From Squalus acanthias (lineage: Eukaryota), in the NCBI GenBank assembly GCA_030390025.1, contig CM059432.1, positions 128,156,001 to 128,220,000 on the forward strand: a DNA stretch of 64,000 nt. Direction: 5' to 3'. Positions 1-12,017 of this stretch are shown here, in pieces (within the stretch, counting starts at the first letter, position 1; every line of letters begins with the position of its first letter). The notes beneath the pieces were generated by a model that saw only the letters and a program-made list of their open reading frames with translations, had not been told where the DNA came from and ran no database searches. A program made the translations under genes and the position numbers.

Positions 1-433
1 TAACCTGTCTTCCAGGCTTAACCCTGGCCGGCCGGGTTTCCCAGGCGTCTGGAAATCCAGCAGCTGAAGGGAGGTGAGGACTGCTTTGTGGAAAAGGTAG
101 TTGCCTTTACAGTACTGTTTGTGGGCCAGGAGGAGCAGGAGTGCTTCCTCCCAGCCCACCAAGCTTAGCTTCTTCCCTGCCCGCCATCGGACCCCTATCC
201 AAAGACCGCCCCCCAACCCGGGTATCAGATCACCCCCCCCCCCGGGACTGGGGATCGAACCTGCCCCCCATGCTCCCACTAACGCAACTGCAGACTCCCT
301 ACCTGTAGCCTACGGGCGGGGAACCTGCTAGAAAAAAGACGCACACTGGAGTTAAAACTCCACAGCATGCAGGAACAAAACTTCCCCCACCCCACCACAC
401 TCACGGAAACCCGCCCCAGTCAATATCGGGGCC
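1..433. mobile_element. Probable right-hand part of a Harbinger-like MITE, cut off by the window edge
   Basis: GC-rich block ending aaacccgccccagtcaatatcggggcc, similar to the Harbinger-type termini elsewhere in the window. The left end is not visible. Confidence 0.35.
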
Positions 434-459
434 TATATTTCAGGGTTCCATTGAGTGTG

Positions 460-720
460 GATGTGTGCCAGAGCACTGGAGAGTGATAGATCTGGAACCC
501 ATTTTTTAAAAAGGAGACAGAGTTAATCTGTGTAATTACAGGCCAGTTAGTTTAACATCTGTGGTAGGGAAATATCTAGAGCCTTTAATTAAGGATGAAA
601 TTACCATGCATTTAGGTAAAGAGAAAATAGTTAGATGTAGTCAGTACAGATATCAAAAGGGAAGATCATGCTTGACAAATCTCATAGAATCTTTGAGGAT
701 GTAACTGTAAGGATAGGCAC
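460..720 (+). mobile_element. Old CR1 LINE ORF2 fragment
   Basis: Degenerate coding for KKGDR..NYRPVSLTSVVGK and KGRSCLTNL. Confidence 0.7.
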
Positions 721-863
721 GTATAGATTATTAAATAGAATAAGCCAGTTGGCATTGTATAGAATATTGAGCTAGAGTTGTTGGGTTAAAACACACTTCA
801 GAAAGACACACAGATATACCAGGCAGCCTTTTAGCACGGCGGGGGACAGTGTGAAGAAATAAT

Positions 864-1625
864 GGCCCGGAATTTGCAGTCAGCATCGAAGTGACGTCGC
901 TTGTTGCTGACCTCGAAGAAAGTTGCCCACAAAGATCTAGCGATCTCTGTAGCGTGAATTTCAGCTCTCCCGATGTTTGTTTGAAACTGGCGCCAAATCA
1001 AGCATATCTCCAGTGTTCTTCAAATGTGATGTCATCAAGCAGGCTAAGCAGCCAATTACATTGAAGAATTCTCAGACAGCAAACCAGGAAGTAAAATGCA
1101 CAGATTATAATTTGCTTTTTATAAATTTTACAGAGAACAAAATAAAGATTGGGACATATACATAGGATTAAGGTAGAAGCTAAAATATCATGAACAAACA
1201 TTTTTTAATAAATTATTTTAAAAACCATGTAATTTTTATCATACTAATGGAAAAAATTGACATTCCGCAAATATAAAATTTGTTTTTCAGGGCCAGAACG
1301 GTTGTTCAGCAGTCTCTATGCCGTTTAAAACCTAGTTACACCTCTTTCAACAAGACTTAACCTTTTCAGGGGTGGGGGCGTTTAACAGTGATATTCCAGC
1401 GTAATAGGGGAAATTTTCGTCCCTCAGTGTGATTTGAATCGATTGCCGACTCCAGGAAGTTCCACAGAGCAACCTGTGGCGGAGCAGCGAATGACTGACA
1501 GCAACTTTTGGATTTCAGCATTTATCTGTGCATGCGCTGACTCCGGACGTTTCTGTCACTTTCAGAGGAGTAATGACGGCGAACGCTGACCGTTTTGCCG
1601 ACATTACCACAGCAATATCCGAGCC
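864..1625. mobile_element. Non-autonomous DNA transposon (MITE, Harbinger-like termini)
   Basis: Imperfect TIRs ggcccggaatttgc ... gcaatatccgagcc. The body is homologous to 58830-59505 and 63323-63660 (shared agccaat..attgaagaattctca..aaaccaggaag and gaatgactgac..caactt blocks). Confidence 0.7.
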
Positions 1626-2428
1626 ATTGTCGATTGCTGAATGGACTCCAGTGTATATAAGGGAATGTATTTCTTTTGCAATAAAGATTGGAGGTGATAA
1701 GACATCAAAGGCAGGCACAACAAATGGTAGCAGCTAATAGCAGCTGTATTAACAGCATACACACAGACAGATTGTGATGACATACGGCACACACATTTGT
1801 CCTACGTAATTAAACCTATAAAAATACAACATACTGGAGTGCCTAGATAACTTCAATCTGCTCTTTGTGAGGCTAGCATAAGCAGGCAAGACAACATGTT
1901 TGCAATTTTCTAATGAAGAATCTTTTGCACGTGAGTTATAATCAATACCAATCTCCTATGCATTCTATGACTGGAATCCATCTTGGTTTACCTTGGCTTT
2001 TCAGCATAACTATCGACCAAACGGGACAATGTCAATCCATAACTACCCTCTTATTAACAAAATTCTGGAAATACAAATTTATTAACTAATACAGTATACA
2101 AGATTTCACCCCATTGAGGACAATTAATTACTTTAAAAGAGAGTTAACTACTGTTAATTAATATCTCACCATTACGGTCATTGAAAACTCAGAACAAAAC
2201 ATTTTCTTTGCAAATTAACCCATGACTGCCTACAGCTAGTATTTTTCTATTTCAAAAATAAAACAGCACAGATTTCACAATTTGTGACATTGAGATATAA
2301 TGAGGTAATTGGGATTTAAACCCATTCCATCTGATGCTGGCAACACCTGTCTCTTCCCTATCCCACCTTTATATGTTTTAGATTGCAAGCAATTACTACC
2401 CCATTCCAAATATGCTTACTGTAAATGA

Positions 2429-2802
2429 GAAGTGATCTCATTGAAACATGCAAAATTCTAATAGGGCTCGACAAGGTAGATGCAGGTTTCCCCTGGCTGG
2501 GGAGTCTAGAAACAGGGGTCACAGTCTCAGAATAAGGGGTCAGCCATTTAGGACTGAGATGAGGAGAAATTTCTTCTCTGAGGGTGGTGAATCTTTGGAA
2601 TTCTCTACCCCAGAGGGCTGTGGAGGTTCAGTCGTTGAGTATATTCAAGACAGAGATCGATAGATTTTTGAATATTAAGGGAATCAAGGGATATGGGGAT
2701 AGTGCAGATGAGATAGAAGATCAGCCATGATCATATTGAATGGCGGAGCAGGCTCGAGGGGCCAAATGGCCTCTCCTGCTCCTGTTTCTTATGTTCTTTA
2801 TG
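2429..2802 (+). mobile_element. CR1 LINE 3' end fragment
   Basis: Coding for ESRNRGHSLRIRGQPFRTEMRRNFFS, followed by the CR1 3'UTR and a ttcttatg-type terminal repeat. Confidence 0.88.
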
Positions 2803-2864
2803 ACATTAAATGCATTCTGTATTCTTTTGAAGAACTGAAACAAAAACCTTTTTTTTGCTTCCAG

Positions 2865-2956
2865 CTGGCCAAGAATGTAGGAAATATCAGTTTTAATGAA
2901 ATTCTGGAAGCCAATCTGCCGCATCCATCACCAAAGCCTATTCCATATAGTGACAT
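2865..2956 (+). CDS. ASAP1: ASAP1 coding exon (end of ArfGAP domain)
   Basis: Polypyrimidine tract plus ccag acceptor, gtaag donor. Translates LAKNVGNISFNEILEANLPHPSPKPIPYSD(M), close to human ASAP1 as recalled (LAKNVGNNSFNDIMEANLPSPSPKPTPSSDM). Ends in phase 2 (AT), completed by the first G of the next exon. Confidence 0.95.
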
Positions 2957-4619
2957 GTAAGTACATTTGAGAGAGGTAAGGTGATTTAGAAACAATTAAC
3001 GACTATGAACTCGAACACAAATGGGCATTCTTTTACTCATTGTTTGGGTTAAATTTATTTATTTTTTCTTCAAATGCCTTCCTTGTAATTTGTTGTCAAA
3101 GTATTGGTTTTAATCCAATTACCAACCAGTCTATGATTTCTGTTAGTATTTGATCTAGCACTATTGCCTGAATATTGCCAAGTTATGCTAGTATAAGGGT
3201 TGAATTTTGCACGGTTCCGCTGCTCGCTGAATTGGAGTGCAGATTGTTAGAATCATCCTCGGCCTGGAGCTTCACGCCCCAATATATGCTCATCCATATA
3301 AAATCTACATATGCATGTCTGGATAGTTTGCCTTTAGGAGTTGACTTCAAGGTAAATTGGACTTTTCAGAGTTGGTTTGAAAGGTTTTGGTTTCTAGCTT
3401 TACCTGTATTATTATTGTTGTATTAGTTTTTATTGCTGTTTAGGCTGCATTTACAACTCTTTCTGATAACAATCTTGCTCCCAGCTGCTGTTTGATGTAC
3501 AGCAAGCAAAGTAGTAGTATGCAAATTCCTTTGTGGGTGCCAATGGTGTTTAGATTTGGAGGAGGAAGAGTGGTTCCTCTTCTAAACACTATTGGAACCT
3601 TCAGAGGCAGATGTGACTACGCCTCAGGCACTAAATGCATACTAGCTTTAACGCAATACTTACATTTACATATGTAGGGAGTCCTTCCTGGACATTTCAA
3701 AAGAGACCTGTCTTCAGCACCAGTGCTCCGCAGGAGAGACTGTAAGAGAGCTGTGCTTGGAAGCCAATCAGCGAAGGATTTTTACCATATGGATGGCTCA
3801 TGCTATATATGTGAAGATGACTACTACATAAAACTTCTTCACCAGCAGATCCATCCAAGCCACCACCAACAAGCTAAGCCACTCAGTGGTCCACAGCTGC
3901 ATCAAACAAATGCATTTGCTCTGCTCACATTATTTGGGTTTCTCCAGGAGAGGGCCAGAGGCTTCTATCCTCTGCTGAATCTCAGCAGCTTTAGCAACTT
4001 CATCTGTAGTGAGAACCTATGGTGCAGCACTAGATCTGGGGAAGTATTTGACAATATGGGGACCTTTCCTGGAAGCCAATGCAGTGCAAATCTTGCATAA
4101 ATGAATGCTCTTGGTGGCATAAATTTGGCATGAAAATTTTTCATAGTACTGTTGAGAAATTGGCAAGCAACCATGTTGGGATTCATTTCTTCCATTGAAA
4201 GTATTTGAAACTCAAAATAGAGGAATTAAGTTCCCAGTACAAGATCTCCTAATTGGATTGGCATCAGCACTAATTGTTGGATCTTGTTATACTATAACAT
4301 TCACACTTCAAAAAATATATTCATAGCTCTATATACGTAACATTTTGTGATGTAGTTATATAATTTAATAACACAATTTTGGGGTAATAGATTGATATCT
4401 TATGTTTACTGCCATATTCATATACATTAGGAGTACAGCTGAAGCTTGCTAGAATGAAGTCTTTCCAGACTTTTGAAAGGTAACTTGAATAAACCAATAA
4501 CCTAAATTAGGTTAGGTACAAAGATGCCAGTAGCCATGTCATATTAATGAAGCTGATGCCAGTGGGGCCAATTAAATGATACTACCTCACTTGATCCAGC
4601 TAGATAATTAAATAGAATA

Positions 4620-5000
4620 AACTTGTCATCCTTCTATTTAAATCTCTAAATGGCCTCACCCCTCCCGATCTCTGTAACCTCCTCCAGCACCCCTCCCCCT
4701 TCCCCCCACCCCATCTCCATTTGTCCATCTTTGGCCTTTTGTACATCCGTCTCACTTCCATTCACCTCACCATTGGTGGCTATGCCTTCAGCTATTTAGG
4801 CCCTACGCTCTGGAGTTCCCTCCCTGAACCTCTACTCCTCTAAGTTCGTACCTAAAACCTACCTCTTTGTCCACATTTTTGGTCACCCCTCCTAATACCT
4901 CCCCCTTGGGTGCGGGATCCATTATTTTCTAACTGCACATCTGTGAAGTGCTTTGGGATGTTTTTCTTCATTAAAAGCACTATGTAAATCCAAGTTTTGA
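4620..5000 (+). mobile_element. L2-type LINE 3' end remnant
   Basis: Contains ctctgtaacctcctccagc and ends tgtgaagtgctttgggatgttt..aaaagcactatgtaaat. Homologous to the minus-strand copies at 37785 and 60572. Confidence 0.7.
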
Positions 5001-8000
5001 CGTTTCTGATACTGGTGGTCCTTCCTGGAGATGCACGCATGCAAATCCTGCATAACATTTACACCATAAATTTGGCATGAAAATTGTAAAATGCAGCTGC
5101 CAAATCAAAAACCGCTGAATACACACTTTCTCCACGGCGATCCATCAAAGTGGTAGTTTGGCAGTGGAGTTATGTTGCGTTAGCTCAAGTATGAATGCTG
5201 CAGCTAAAACAAGACTCTACAATCCTATGTATGACATGATATGCATTGAAACTGCCCTATACCTACTTAGTACCTTGAGTGACTTATAGGTAGATCTGAT
5301 CAGTGCATATAATGTGTTCAGTGAGATTACACTTAGCCATAAGCATTTAGGATATTCCAGCTTCCTCTGAAATGCAGAGCACCATTGCGTATGCATATGT
5401 GTGCATAATGGTGTTCCAAGTAAACTTGAATGCCTGATCATGTCTGGGCAGTATTATCTAGCTGGACCAAGTGAGGTAGTATCACTTAATCGGCCGTGCT
5501 GCCACCACCTCGATTCTATTGGCTTCTTCGTGCCAATCCTAATTTAGTTTATTTACCTTGCAAAAGTCTGGAAAGATTCCATTCTAGCAAGCTTGACTGC
5601 CCTAGAAAAGCTAGAATTTGTCATCAACCAAATTAAGTCCTAGTTAGATATACTTGATTCCAGACAGCATAAACACTAGAGAATTGCTTCAAAAGAAGTG
5701 AAACTCAAATGCTCCAACATTCTCGGTTGGCATTGGGACCGTTTCTGGGGAAGCTGGGAGCTGTACAAGCTGGACGGGTTACACCTCAACAGAGCCAGGA
5801 CCAATGTTCACTCGGGGAGGTTTGTTAGTTGGGGAGGGTTTAAACTAGCTTGGCAGGGGGATGGGCACCAGCATATAGGAGTAGAAAAGAGGAATAAGGT
5901 GCATAAAAGAGTGATTGTGTTGGACAGTACTAGAGAAGATAGTACTAGAGGCGGTATTAGTACCATATTAGATAGGAGCAGACTAAGAAAGACTACGAAA
6001 AATTCAAAAATGGGTTTAGAATGCATGTACGTAACCGCACAAAGTGTGGTGAATAAGGTTGGTGAGCTACAAGCACAATTAGCCATGTGGCAGTATGATG
6101 ATGTGGCAATAACGGAAACGTGGCTTATAAACGGTGATGACTGGACACTTAATATTCAAGGGTACAAGGTGTTCAGAAAAGATAGGGAAGGAAAAAAAGA
6201 GAGGTGGGGTGGCTGTGCTGATTAAGGAAGACATTGTAGTGTTGGAAAGGGAGGATGTTGTTGAGGGGACAAGGACAGAATCCATTTGGTTAGAGTTGAG
6301 GAGCAAAAAGGGTATGATCATGCTGTTGGGGGTATTCTGTAGGCCTCTAAATAGTGAGAGGGAGGCAGAGGAGCAAATCTGCAGGGAAATCGTAGAGCTA
6401 TGCAAGAGCTAGAGTGGTGATGTTGGGAGACTTTAATTACCCAAATATCGATTTGGGATAATGCTAGGGTAAAGGGAAAGGAGGGGGAGGAATTTCTGAA
6501 ATGTGTTCAGGAGAATTTCCTTGACCAATATGTTCTTGGCCCAACTAGGAAGGAGGCGTAGCTGGATCTGGTGCTGGTGAATGAGGCGGGCCAGGTTGAC
6601 CAAGTGTCTGTGGGAGAACACTAGGGTACGAGTGATCATCGTATCATAAGATTTAGATTAGCAATGGATAGGAACAAGGAACAATCTAGAGTGGAACTTC
6701 TAATCTGGAATAGGGCTAACTTCAATGGGATGCGAAAGGATCTAGCCAGGGTAAAATGGAACCAAAGACTGACATGAAAAACTGTAACGGAACAATGGGT
6801 GATCTTTAAGGAGGAGATGTTGCAAGTACAGGCTAGGTACATTCCAAGAAGAGGGAAGGGTAAGGGAACCAAAGCAAGGGCTCCTTGGATGACGAGGGAG
6901 ATAGAGAAGATAATGAAACAAAAAAAGACGGTGTATGATGCAATATTGAATTCTTCAAGGGAGAACCAGACCAAATACAATAAGTTGAGAGGCGATGTGA
7001 AGTTGAAATTAAGATTGGCAAAGAGAGAATATGAGAGTAGAATGGCGGTTAAAATAAAAGGGAACCCAAAAATCTTCGACCGGCATGTAAACAATAAGCG
7101 GGTTGTAAGAGGCAGGGTGGAGCCTATTGGAGACAAAGAAGGTGATATATGCTTAGAGGCGCAGGGCAAGGCTAGAATACTCAATGAGTACTTTGTATCG
7201 GTGTTTACTAAGGAGGTGGATGCTGACAAAATATCGGTAGAAGTGGAAAAAGGTAGAAACAATGGAGGGGTGAAAATTGATAGACAGGATGTACTAGAAA
7301 GGCTGGGTATGCTTAGAGTGGACAAATCGCCTGGTCCAGATGGCTTGCATCCCAGGTTGCTAAGGGAATTGGGGGAGGAGATAGTGCATGGGCTTGCCAT
7401 CATTTTCCAATCTTGCCTAGATGAGGGGGAGGTGCCTGAGAGTTGGAAAGTGGCAAATGTGACACCATTGTTCAAGAAAGGGTGTAAGGACAATCCTAGT
7501 AACTACAGGCCAGTCAATTTAACATCAGTGGTGGGTAAAGTTTTAGAAACAATAATCAAGGAAAAAATTAACGGGCACTTGGAGAGGTTTAAGCTAATTA
7601 AGGAGAGCCAACACGGATTTGTAAAAGGCAGATCGTGTTTGACTAATCTAATTTAATTTTTTGATGAAGTAACAGGGTGGATTGATAAAGGGAATGCAAT
7701 GGATGTTGTCTATATGGATTTTCGGCAGGCGTTTGACAAAGTACCACATAGAAGGCTGGTTAACAAAATTGAGGCTCATGGAATAGCTGGGTCAGTGGCA
7801 GCTTGGACAGAATACAGCGAGTTGTGGTAAATGGCTGTTTTTCAGACTGGAGGATGGTAGACAGTGGTGTTCCCCAAGGGTCAGTACTGGGTCCTCTGCT
7901 TTTTTTGATATATATAAATAACCTGGATATTGGAATACAGAGTAGAATTTCTAAATTTGCCGATGACACCAAACTTGGGGGTGTGGCAAACAATGATACC

Positions 8001-8132
8001 ACCAATCGACTGCAACAGGACATAGAAAGGCTAGCAGAATGGGCAGACAAGTGGCAGATGGAATTTAATACAGAGAAGTGTGAGGTGATGCATTTTGGCA
8101 GAAGGAACAGGGAGAGGCAACATACACTTAAT

Positions 8133-9891
8133 TTTTTTAAATCTGTTTATGCGATGTGGGCGTCGCTGGCAAGGCCTGCATTTATTGCCCATCCCAAATT
8201 ACCCTTGAGAAGGTGATGGCGAGCCACCGCCTTGAACCGCTGCAGTCCGTGTGGCGAAGCTACTCCCACAGTGCTGTTAGGGAGGGAGTTCCAGGATTTT
8301 GACCCAACGATGATGAAGGATCGGCGATATATTTCTAAGTCAAGATGGTGTGTGACTTTGAGCGGAACTTGGAGGTGGTGATGTTCCCATGCGCCTGCTG
8401 CCCTTATTCTTCTAGGTGGAAGAGGTTGCGGGTTTGGAAGGTGCTGCTGAAGAAGCCTTGGCGAGTTGCTGCAATGCATCTTGTAGATGGTACACACTGC
8501 AGCCACGGTACGCCGATGGTGGAGGGAGTGAATGTTTAAGGTGGTGGATGGGGTGCCAATGAAGCGGGCTGCTTTCTCCTGGATGGTGTCGAGCTTCTTG
8601 AGTGTTGTTGGAGCTGCGCTGATCCAGGCAAGTGGAGAGTAATCCATCACACTCCTTACTTGTGCGTTGTAGATGGTGGAAAGGCTTTGGGAAGTCAGCA
8701 GGTGAGACACTCGCTGCAGAATACCTAGCCTCTGACCGGCTCTTGTTGCCACAGTATTTATGTGGCTGGTCCAGTTAAGTTTCTGGTCAATGGTGACCCC
8801 CCAGGATGTTGATGGTGGGGGATTTGGCGATGGTAATGCCGTTGAATGTCAAGGGGAGGTGGTTAGACTTTCGCTTGTTGGAGATAGTCATTGCCTGGCA
8901 CTTCTGTGGCACGAATGTTACCTGCCACTTATCAGCCCAAGCCTGAACATCGTCCAGGTCTTGCTGCATGCGGGCATGGACTGCTTCATTATCTGAGGAG
9001 TTGTGAATGGCGCTGAACACTGCAGTCATCAGCGAACATCCCCATTTCTGACCTTATGTTGGAGGGAAGGTCATTGATGAAGCAGCTGAAGATGGTTGGG
9101 CCTAGGACACTGCCCTGAGGAACTCCTGCAGCGATGTCCTGGGGCTGTGATGATTGACCTTCAACCACCACAACCATCTTCCTTTGTGCTAGGTATGACT
9201 TGAGCCAGTGGAAGGTTTTTCCCCTGATTCCCATTGACTTCAGTTTTACTAGGGCTCCTTGATGCCACACTCTGTGAAATGCTGCCTTGATGTCAAGGGC
9301 AGTCACTCTCACCTCACCTCTGGAATTCAGCTCCTTTGTCCATGTTTGGACCAAGGCTGTAATGAGGTTGGGAGCCGAGTGGTCTTGGCGGAACCCAAAC
9401 TGGGCATCAGTTGGTGAGTACGTGCTGCTTGATAGCACTGTCGATGACACCTTCCATCACTTTGCTGATGATTGAGAGTAGAGTGATGGGGCGGTAATTG
9501 GCCGGGTTGGATTTGTCCTGCTTTTTGTGGACAGGACATACCTAGGCAGTTTTCCACATTGTCGGATAGATGCCAGTATTGTAGCTGTACTGGAACAGCT
9601 TAGCTAGAGGCGCAGCTAGTTCTGGAGCACAAGTCTTCAGCACGATAGCCGGGATGTTGTCGGGGCCCATAGCCTTTGCTGTATCCAGTGCGCTCAGCCG
9701 TTTCTTGATATCACATGGAGTGAATAGAATTGGCTGAAGACTGGCTTCTGCGATGGTCGGGACCTCAGGAGTAGGCCGATATGGATCATCCACTCAGCAC
9801 TTTTGGCTGAAGATTGTTGCAAACGCTTCAGCCTTGTCTTTTGCACTCACGTGCTGGGCTCCATCATCATTGAGGATGGAGATATTCATGG
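8133..9891 (-). mobile_element. 5'-truncated non-LTR retrotransposon of a second family (CR1/L2 group; called family X here)
   Basis: RT motifs [34 protein letters not shown] and an A-rich 3' end near 8133. It splits the host CR1 sequence cttaat|ggcacag, with ATGG microhomology at the 5' junction. Confidence 0.88.
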
Positions 9892-10106
9892 CACAGTTTT
9901 AAAGAGTGTGCAGGGACAGAGAGACCTGGGAGTTAACGTGCATAGGTCCCTGCAGGTGACAGGACATATTGAGAGAATGGTTAACAAAGCATATGGGATC
10001 TTGGGCTTCATAAATAGAGGTCATGATGTGGAGATGCCGGTGTTGGACTGGGGTGGACAAAAATGAGAAGTCGCACAACACCAGGTTATAGTCCAACAGA
10101 TTTATT

Positions 10107-10153
10107 TAATTTTACAAGCTTTCGGAGCTGTCGCTCCTTCGTCAGGTAAGTTA
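10107..10153 (-). ncRNA. Minimal hammerhead ribozyme motif, mirror copy
   Basis: Exact reverse complement of 11971-12017. Confidence 0.78.
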
Positions 10154-10392
10154 GCAATGAGAGAATCTCCCAGAATTCACAATTTAAACCCAGACAAAAT
10201 CTATTCACATTATTCGCTACAACAAAGAGCACAGCCAAGACAATGAGATGTGTCCCAGGGGGTCCAACGTGTCAAACCACCTGCTGGCTGCATATCCTGT
10301 CAATTTGTGTTCTTGTGTTAGCCTTTTTAAAAAAAAAACCAAAAAAAAAAAAACCAAAAAAAACACCTGGGAAGACCGGCCATGATGTCAAG

Positions 10393-11088
10393 TCACGTTC
10401 TGTATCGTGACATGAACCCGATATCGCGATTGAGGCCATCCTCATGAGTGCGGAACTTGGCTATCAGTTTCTGCTCTATGATTTTGCGCTGTCGTGTATC
10501 TCGAAGGCCGCCTTGGAGAACGCTTACCCGCAGATCCGAGGCTGAATACCCCTGGCTGCTGAAGTGTTCCCCGACTGGGAGGCAACCCTCCTGCCTGGCG
10601 ATTGTTGCGCGGTGTCCGTTCATACGTTGTCTCAGTGTCTGCATGGTCTCGCCGATGTACCATGCTCTGGAGCATCCTTTACTGCAACGTATCAGGTAGA
10701 CAACGTTGGCCGAGTCACATGAGTATGTACCGTGTACCTGGTGGGTAGTGTCCTCACGTGTGATGATGGTATCTGTGTCCATGATTTGGCATGTCTTGCA
10801 GAGGTTGCCGTGGCAGGGTTGTGTGGTGTCGTGGTTGCTGTTCTCCTGAAAGATGGGTAATCTGCTGCGAACGATGGTACTTTTGAGGTTAGGCGGCTGC
10901 TTGAAGGCGAGTAGTGGAGGCGTGGGGATGGCCTTAGCAAGGTGTTCGTCGTCATCGATGACATGTTGAAGGCTGCGAAGAACATGGCGTAGTTTTTCCG
11001 CTCCGGGGAAGTACTGGACGACGTAGGGTACTCTGTTGGTTGTGTCCCGTGTTCGTCTTCTGAGGAGACGAACACGGGACACAACCAA
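10393..11088 (-). pseudogene. Mirror copy of the truncated Penelope-like GIY-YIG ORF
   Basis: Same 231-aa translation as 11036-11731 except for three residues (H/Q, G/E, Y/H). Confidence 0.88.
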
Positions 11089-11731
11089 CAGAGTACCCTA
11101 CGTCGTCCAGTACTTCCCCGGAGCGGAAAAACTACGCCATGTTCTTCGCAGCCTTCAACATGTCATCGATGACGACGAACACCTTGCTAAGGCCATCCCC
11201 ACGCCTCCACTACTCGCCTTCAAGCAGCCGCCTAACCTCAAAAGTACCATCGTTCGCAGCAGATTACCCATCTTTCAGGAGAACAGCAACCAAGACACCA
11301 CACAACCCTGCCACGGCAACCTCTGCAAGACATGCCAAATCATGGACACAGATACCATCATTACACGTGAGGACACTACCCACCAGGTACACGGTACATA
11401 CTCATGTGACTCGGCCAACGTTGTCTACCTGATACGTTGCAGTAAAGGATGCTCCAGAGCATGGTACATCGGCGAGACCATGCAGACACTGAGACAACGT
11501 ATGAACGGACACCGCGCAACAATCGCCAGGCAGGAGGGTTGCCTCCCAGTCGAGGAACACTTCAGCAGCCAGGGGCATTCAGCCTCGGATCTGCGGGTAA
11601 GCGTTCTCCAAGGCGGCCTTCGAGATACACGACAGCGCAAAATCATAGAGCAGAAACTGATAGCCAAGTTCCGCACTCATGAGGATGGCCTCAATCGCGA
11701 TATCGGGTTCATGTCACGATACAGAACGTGA
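11036..11731 (+). pseudogene. 5'-truncated Penelope-like ORF: RT C-terminal linker and GIY-YIG endonuclease
   Basis: PCHGNLCKTC linker, NVVYLIRC..C...WYIGET..LRQRMNGH, EHF..H, IEQKLI and GLNRD. No RT core. The apparent start comes from the opposite arm. Confidence 0.88.
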
Positions 11732-11970
11732 CTTGACATCATGGCCGGTCTTCCCAGGTGTTTTTTTTGGTTTTTTTTTTTTTGGTTTTTTTTTTAAAAA
11801 GGCTAACACAAGAACACAAATTGACAGGATATGCAGCCAGCAGGTGGTTTGACACGTTGGACCCCCTGGGACACATCTCATTGTCTTGGCTGTGCTCTTT
11901 GTTGTAGCGAATAATGTGAATAGATTTTGTCTGGGTTTAAATTGTGAATTCTGGGAGATTCTCTCATTGC

Positions 11971-12017
11971 TAACTTACCTGACGAAGGAGCGACAGCTCC
12001 GAAAGCTTGTAAAATTA
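11971..12017 (+). ncRNA. Minimal type I hammerhead ribozyme motif in the PLE pseudo-LTR
   Basis: Stem I ttac/gtaa, core CTGACGA (11979-11985), an extra A, stem II GGAGC-gaca-GCTCC, GAAA (12001-12004), and a palindromic AAGCTT in place of stem III. Confidence 0.78.

Noticed and set aside
6636..7493. 285-aa minus-strand ORF and similar antisense ORFs over LINEs
   Set aside because: These are shadow frames opposite CR1 ORF2 with no recognisable domain.
11036..11062. Apparent start (MVVSRVRLL) of the twin 231-aa ORFs as a stand-alone nuclease gene
   Set aside because: The start is a TTG supplied by the opposite palindrome arm. The ORFs are 5'-truncated PLE fragments without the RT core.
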